Below, in pieces: positions 59,188 to 64,000 of a stretch of 64,000 nucleotides of DNA (positions within the stretch are counted from its first letter, which is position 1; each line of letters begins with the position of its first letter). The DNA is taken from contig JBKAGE010000078.1 in assembly GCA_046290225.1 (NCBI GenBank), positions 32,001 to 96,000 on the forward strand. The letters are read 5' to 3'. Position numbers and translations under genes: made by a program. Below the pieces are notes generated by a model. That model was given only the letters and a program-made list of their open reading frames with translations. It did no database searches and was not told where the DNA came from. The stretch comes from Bradymonadia bacterium (GTDB taxonomy: Bacteria; Myxococcota_A; Bradymonadia; UBA7976; UBA1532).

Positions 59188-61479
59188 ATGACCACGCCCC
59201 GTTTCTCAGACCTCGGCCTGTCAGAGGGTATGCTCAACGCCCTCGAGAAGATGGGCTACGAGACCCCCACCCCCGTACAAGCCAACGCCATCCCCATCGC
59301 CCGCACTGGCCGCGACATGATGGTGCAGTCCCAGACCGGCACCGGCAAGACCGCCGCCTTCGGGATCCCGGTCATCGAGAACATCGGGGACAAGCCCAAG
59401 GGCATCAAGGTGCTGGCCCTCTGCCCCACCCGGGAGCTCGCCCGGCAGGTGGCCGAGGAGTTCACCCGGCTGGCGCAGTTCAAGAAGTTCCACGCCGCAG
59501 CCGTCTACGGCGGCGCCCCCATCGAGAAGCAGGTGGCGGAGATCAAGTTCGCCCATGCCGTGGTGGGTACGCCCGGGCGCGTGCTCGACCACCTGCGCCG
59601 GCGCACGCTGAACCTGAACGATCTGCAGGCGCTGGTCCTCGACGAGGCTGACGAGATGCTCTCCATGGGCTTCGCCCGTGAGCTCGAGCAGATCATGCGC
59701 TATGTGCCCAAAGAGCGGCAGACCCTGCTGTTCTCCGCCACCATCCCCGAGGACATCAAGCGCTACGCCAAGCGCTACATGCAGTCCCCGGAGTTCCTCT
59801 CCATGGTGGAGGAGAACGTCGCCGCCGACGAGGTGGAGCACCACTACTACATGATCTCCGGCGTGAGGCGCCCGGCGGATCTGGTGCAGGTCATCGAGTA
59901 CGAAGATCCCAAGAACGCGCTGATCTTCACCAACACGCGGGCCGACTCCCAGATGGTGGCCAACTACCTCAAGCGCCAGGGCTACAACGCTGAGTACCTC
60001 AACAGCGATCTGCCCCAGAAGGAGCGCGAGCGGGTCATGGGCCGCATGAAGGCCAAAGATCTGCGGTTCCTCGTGGCCACGGACATCGCCGCCCGAGGCA
60101 TCGACATCAGCCAGCTGAGCCACGTGATCAACTACGTGCTCCCCGACTCCCCCGAGGTGTACATCCACCGCACGGGGCGCACGGGCCGCGCCGGCAACCA
60201 GGGCACTGCCATCAGCCTCATCGGCCCTCGAGAGATCGGGGTCTACTACTACCTCAAGCGCATCTACAACGTAGCGCTCCAGGAGATGAACGTCCCCACC
60301 AACGCGGAGATCGAGTTGCGTCGCCAGGAACGTCGAATTCAGACCGTCGTCACCGAGATCATGGAGACCACCGGTGGCACTCGCCCCCTCGACACCGAGC
60401 TGAAGGCTCAGGCAGTGGGCTTGCTAGAGCGTGAAGACGCCGTCGATCTCTTCGGCGCTCTGCTCCGTCACATGCGCGAGTCCGCCAAGGCCCTCACCGA
60501 GCAGCCGGCGGCAGCGCCTGCCCTCGCCGGCGGCATGCTCCGCGACGTGCCTCAGACTGCCAAGGTCCGCCCCGGCTCAAAGCGTGACTCGGTGGAAGAC
60601 GTGATGAACCGCGTGGCCATCGTACAGAGCGAGTACCGTGGCCTGCGTGACGGCCGCAAGGTGAAGCGCAAGCAGCGCGACCGCCTGAGCGAGGCCGATC
60701 GCGCCGTCATCGAGCGTGCCCAGGGTGGTACCCCGCCCGAGGCAGAGATCGACGCCGGCCCCGCCGCTGACGATCCGACCCCGGCGGAGATCGAAGCCGC
60801 CCTCGGCATCTCCCAGGCCGCCGATGCCTACGCCGCGCCTCAGGACGACGTGCCCGAGACGGAGGCGGCAGAGACGGAGGCTGCAGCCGAGCCCGCCGAG
60901 GAAAAGCCGGCACCGAAGAGGTCCCGTCGCCGGAACACGCGAAAGCAGGCTGCGGAGAAGCCCGCGGAAGACGTCCCAGCTGAGACTGCAGTTGAGGCTG
61001 CAGTCGAGGCAGCGGCAGAGGCCTACACCGCCCCTGTGAAAGACGAAGAAGCATCGGAGCCCGAGCCGGAGGAGAAGACCGCTCGCCGTCGTCGGCGTCG
61101 TCGGCGCCCCTCCGCCGAGGTGACGCCCGAGGTCGCCGCAGAGGCCTACACCGCCCCCGAGCCTGAGGTGGAGACCGCCCCAGAGCCCGAGCCGGTGGCG
61201 GATCCCGAGCCCGAGGCTCCGGCCGTTTCCGAGGATGACGACGTGATCCGCCTCTATGTGAACCAGGGCCGCAAGGATCGCATCGGTGCTGATGATCTCG
61301 TCGATCACCTCGCCGAGCTCGCCGGCCTCGACCCTGAGGACTTCTCCGACGTGGTGGTGCTCACCCGGCACTCCTTCATCACCGTGGAAGACATCTTCGT
61401 AGATGACTTGCTCGCGGCGGTGAATGGAGAGAGCATCGGAGGCCGACCCCTGAAGGTCGAGCGTGCCCGAGGCGAGTGA
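59188..61479 (+). CDS. DEAD-box RNA helicase (DeaD/CsdA-like) with long low-complexity insert and C-terminal DbpA-type RNA-binding domain
   Basis: Q-motif, TGTGKT, PTRELA, TPGR, DEADEM, SAT, ARGID, HRTGRTGRAG; C-terminal RLYVNQGRKD...LKVERA. Confidence 0.93.
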   Translation: MTTPRFSDLGLSEGMLNALEKMGYETPTPVQANAIPIARTGRDMMVQSQTGTGKTAAFGIPVIENIGDKPKGIKVLALCPTRELARQVAEEFTRLAQFKKFHAAAVYGGAPIEKQVAEIKFAHAVVGTPGRVLDHLRRRTLNLNDLQALVLDEADEMLSMGFARELEQIMRYVPKERQTLLFSATIPEDIKRYAKRYMQSPEFLSMVEENVAADEVEHHYYMISGVRRPADLVQVIEYEDPKNALIFTNTRADSQMVANYLKRQGYNAEYLNSDLPQKERERVMGRMKAKDLRFLVATDIAARGIDISQLSHVINYVLPDSPEVYIHRTGRTGRAGNQGTAISLIGPREIGVYYYLKRIYNVALQEMNVPTNAEIELRRQERRIQTVVTEIMETTGGTRPLDTELKAQAVGLLEREDAVDLFGALLRHMRESAKALTEQPAAAPALAGGMLRDVPQTAKVRPGSKRDSVEDVMNRVAIVQSEYRGLRDGRKVKRKQRDRLSEADRAVIERAQGGTPPEAEIDAGPAADDPTPAEIEAALGISQAADAYAAPQDDVPETEAAETEAAAEPAEEKPAPKRSRRRNTRKQAAEKPAEDVPAETAVEAAVEAAAEAYTAPVKDEEASEPEPEEKTARRRRRRRRPSAEVTPEVAAEAYTAPEPEVETAPEPEPVADPEPEAPAVSEDDDVIRLYVNQGRKDRIGADDLVDHLAELAGLDPEDFSDVVVLTRHSFITVEDIFVDDLLAAVNGESIGGRPLKVERARGE

Positions 61480-61522
61480 TCTCGGTGATGAGGTCGATGC
61501 AATGAGCGCAATGGAGGTGGCA

Positions 61523-62104
61523 GTGAAGCGGGTGTCGAAGTCTTCTGGCCTTTGGAGCACCTCCGTAGGGGCGATGTGCCTGGCGTTGTCTCTCGGGGCC
61601 TGTACCGCCCCAGAGATGAACACCCCAGAGGTCGACGCCAGCGCAGGCCCCCCTGCACGGGTCGATCTCCCCGCCCCCATAAAGCTCGAAGGCACCATCC
61701 CCCCAGAGACGCATCCCGACGGCCGCATGCGGGTCGACGGCCTCATGGTGCGCCGCGACCAATACTTCGGCCAGAAGGTCATGGTGCGTGGCTACGTCGT
61801 CGAGACGTATGTGTGTCCCAAAGACGCCAAGAAGTGCCAGCAACCCCATGTCTACCTCGCCGACACCCCTGCTGGAGGCGACAAGCGCCTTCTGGTGGCC
61901 CATGTGAGCGAAGACCGGGTGGGCAAGCTCGAGGTGGGCAAGGATTACGTGTTCACCGGCACCTTCGACAAGCGCTCTCAAGACGGCTTCGCTGCCTCGA
62001 TGGGTCTTCTGATGCACGAGGGCATCGAGGGCTTCGAGACCGTCGAAGAAGAGCAGGCCCGCCTCGATGGTGAGCGGAAGAAGAAGCGCCGTCGCCGCCG
62101 ATGA
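61523..62104 (+). CDS. Hypothetical lipoprotein (OB-fold-like) with basic tail
   Basis: GGAGG RBS; lipobox SLGAC; YFGQKVMVRGYV...CP....CQ.PH; ends KKKRRRRR. Confidence 0.72.
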   Translation: MKRVSKSSGLWSTSVGAMCLALSLGACTAPEMNTPEVDASAGPPARVDLPAPIKLEGTIPPETHPDGRMRVDGLMVRRDQYFGQKVMVRGYVVETYVCPKDAKKCQQPHVYLADTPAGGDKRLLVAHVSEDRVGKLEVGKDYVFTGTFDKRSQDGFAASMGLLMHEGIEGFETVEEEQARLDGERKKKRRRRR

Positions 62105-64000
62105 GCGCCCTGAAGCACGATGTCCAGCGCTGGTTGAACATCGTCTTTCCGCAGCCGGGCCCCGATCAGCCGCCCTGGTACGGCGATCAGACTTTTCCTG
62201 AAGAGACCGAGACTTCGCAGAAGTGGCCCGCAGAGCTGTGGTGGCCTGCGGTCCTCGAAGAGGCTCTCGCCCACCCCCACGGGCTCATGCTGACCCCACT
62301 GGCACCTGCGCTCGACGGGGCCACTCCAGTACAGCGTCTTGCCCTCGTCGATCGGTACCGCCCCGGTGTACGGCCTGTGGCGATCTGGTCCGGCTGGGCC
62401 GAGGAGCTCGCGCTGTTCGAAGCACTGCTCGACGGCCTGACACCCAAGGATGCTGAACACGCCCGCCCCATGGTGGACGCAGCAATGATGCGCCCCATTG
62501 AGCGGGAGACCGCCTACGCTGGTGGGGGCACCTTCACCGAGAAGCTGGGTCACTTCAACGAGTTGCTGTGGGCCGCCGTATGCGTTCAGGTCGGCCTGCT
62601 CGAGCATGTGTTGCCCCTGTGGCAGCGCCCCCACGTGGAAGATCACCACCTGCCCGAAGCCATCGTCTGCGCCGAGGCGCTCAAGGTGAGGATCATTACC
62701 GCCATGCCCGAGGCTGATCGGCCGACTTTGCTCACCGATCACAACCCGCTCCCCTTCACTGGTGTTGCCCTGGCCCCGACCGCCGAGGTGCTGGAGAAGA
62801 TGCTGGGGGCGTTGGGTTTCATCACGCCCGCATATGATCATGCCCCCAAGTGGATGGCGGCGATGGTGAGCCTCGGTCCAATGCTCAGGCCTGCGTTGAT
62901 CAAGGCCCTCAAGGTGCTCCCGCGCTACGCCCCTGGCAGGTTGATGCTCATCACAGCTCTCGGTGAAGTGACCCCATTGGAGGCAGCCGATGAAGTCTTC
63001 CCCACTCTGAAGCAGATCATCGACAGCGGAGAGACGAAACATCGAGGGGCTGCCCTCGAGGTCTGGGGACGCCTCGGTGGTGATCCGCAGGTGTTGTTGG
63101 GCCAGCTGCTCTGCACCTCGAAGATCCTCCAGGAGGGTGCCCAAGCGGGCCTCGCTGCTCACCCACATCCCAAGACAGCCCGCACCGCTCTGCTCCCCAA
63201 CCTGCACGGTCTGCTCACAGAGCGGAAGAAAGTGTACCGGGAGGGCGCAGCCCGCGCTCTGACAGTCTTGCCGGGGCCTGATTCACAGGGGCCCCTTGAG
63301 ACTGCGTTGGCCAAGGAGCGCTCGGCGGGCACCGCCACCCTGCTCGCTCAGGCCCTCGCCGCCTGCCTGCCCGGCCTGGAGAATATGGATCCGGATAAAC
63401 TCGACGAAGCGCTCAGCCAGCGTAGCCCCACGAAGGTGCCCGCTCTGGCCGATCCTGAAGGCCTGCCCACGCTGACCTGGCGCCACGGGCAGGTCATGAG
63501 CGCTGGCGCGTTGCGCTGGCTGCTCGATCGGGCCCTTTCGGACACGGCCATGGAGGATCCCGACTTGCCGTGGGTCATCGGTCATCTGCCTGAAGGCACC
63601 AGCGAGGCCCTGTGCCATGCCATCACTCTGCGGGCCTCGACGTCGACTCACGCAGATGAGGCCCGCAGCCTCCGCGTGATGGCCATTCTCGGTGCCGAAG
63701 CGCAGATCATGAAGTTGGGCCAGGGGCTCGAGAAGCGTGTCAAGACGCCGAGTTTCTCCAAGGCCCTCAAGGCCCTCGCGGATCATGCCCGCCTTCGTCG
63801 GGGCGGTCCGGCGGTCTACTGGCTCGATCACTGGAGTCGCCACGCCAAACGGCCGCGCATTCGTCGTCAAGTCGGCGAGACCCTCACCGCGCTCTGTGCC
63901 GATCTCCAGCGTGACGCTGACGATCTCATCGATGAAGGCATCCCCCGCTTCGGCTTTGACACTGAGGGCCTGCAGCACTGGCCCATCTCGGAGGCCGACG
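62101..64000 (+). CDS. HEAT-repeat/DUF4132-type protein (runs off the right edge of the window)
   Basis: Missing from the ORF track. ATG overlaps the upstream stop; open to the window end; HEAT-like segments (REGAARALTVL..PDSQGPLETALAKE) and ADDLIDEGIPRFGFDTEG, which resembles the start of DUF4132. Confidence 0.7.
   Translation, partial: MSALKHDVQRWLNIVFPQPGPDQPPWYGDQTFPEETETSQKWPAELWWPAVLEEALAHPHGLMLTPLAPALDGATPVQRLALVDRYRPGVRPVAIWSGWAEELALFEALLDGLTPKDAEHARPMVDAAMMRPIERETAYAGGGTFTEKLGHFNELLWAAVCVQVGLLEHVLPLWQRPHVEDHHLPEAIVCAEALKVRIITAMPEADRPTLLTDHNPLPFTGVALAPTAEVLEKMLGALGFITPAYDHAPKWMAAMVSLGPMLRPALIKALKVLPRYAPGRLMLITALGEVTPLEAADEVFPTLKQIIDSGETKHRGAALEVWGRLGGDPQVLLGQLLCTSKILQEGAQAGLAAHPHPKTARTALLPNLHGLLTERKKVYREGAARALTVLPGPDSQGPLETALAKERSAGTATLLAQALAACLPGLENMDPDKLDEALSQRSPTKVPALADPEGLPTLTWRHGQVMSAGALRWLLDRALSDTAMEDPDLPWVIGHLPEGTSEALCHAITLRASTSTHADEARSLRVMAILGAEAQIMKLGQGLEKRVKTPSFSKALKALADHARLRRGGPAVYWLDHWSRHAKRPRIRRQVGETLTALCADLQRDADDLIDEGIPRFGFDTEGLQHWPISEAD

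Noticed and set aside
61978..63978. Minus-strand ORFs of 409 aa and 231 aa
   Set aside because: Shadows of the plus-strand CDS starting at 62101.

Overview
High-GC bacterial chromosomal DNA. The gene content (MXAN_5187-type protein, IgGFc-binding and IPT/TIG lipoproteins, PEGA-domain Ser/Thr kinase, Cys/Asp-rich 'putative metal-binding' repeats, roadblock protein) suggests a Myxococcota/Bradymonadia-like deltaproteobacterium; this is an inference. Layout: (1) 1-17 kb, a tightly coupled minus-strand envelope operon in which an Opp/Dpp-type ABC importer with two paralogous binding proteins sits among TPR, PEGA, TolB-like, Pro-rich and Cys-rich proteins, preceded by a membrane Ser/Thr kinase. 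(2) 20-27 kb, a divergent surface-lipoprotein and CsgG-like cluster. (3) 27-32 kb, accessory genes downstream of tRNA-fMet: Mo oxidoreductase, Cys-type deiodinase-like membrane protein, SUKH-like protein. (4) 36.7-46.6 kb, an amino-acid catabolic cluster built around an unusual aminotransferase-GNAT-aminotransferase fusion whose two AT halves appear to have complementary losses, with an AstD-like dehydrogenase, a second class III aminotransferase, a split CoA-transferase and a 159-bp inverted-repeat element. (5) 46.6-64 kb, mostly housekeeping genes: degenerate UDG, coaBC, Nudix, udk, Clp ATPase, nadD fusion, namZ, DEAD-box helicase and a partial HEAT/DUF4132-like gene. No CRISPR array, rRNA, integrase or transposase was seen. 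All family assignments come from motif recognition by eye, not from database searches.
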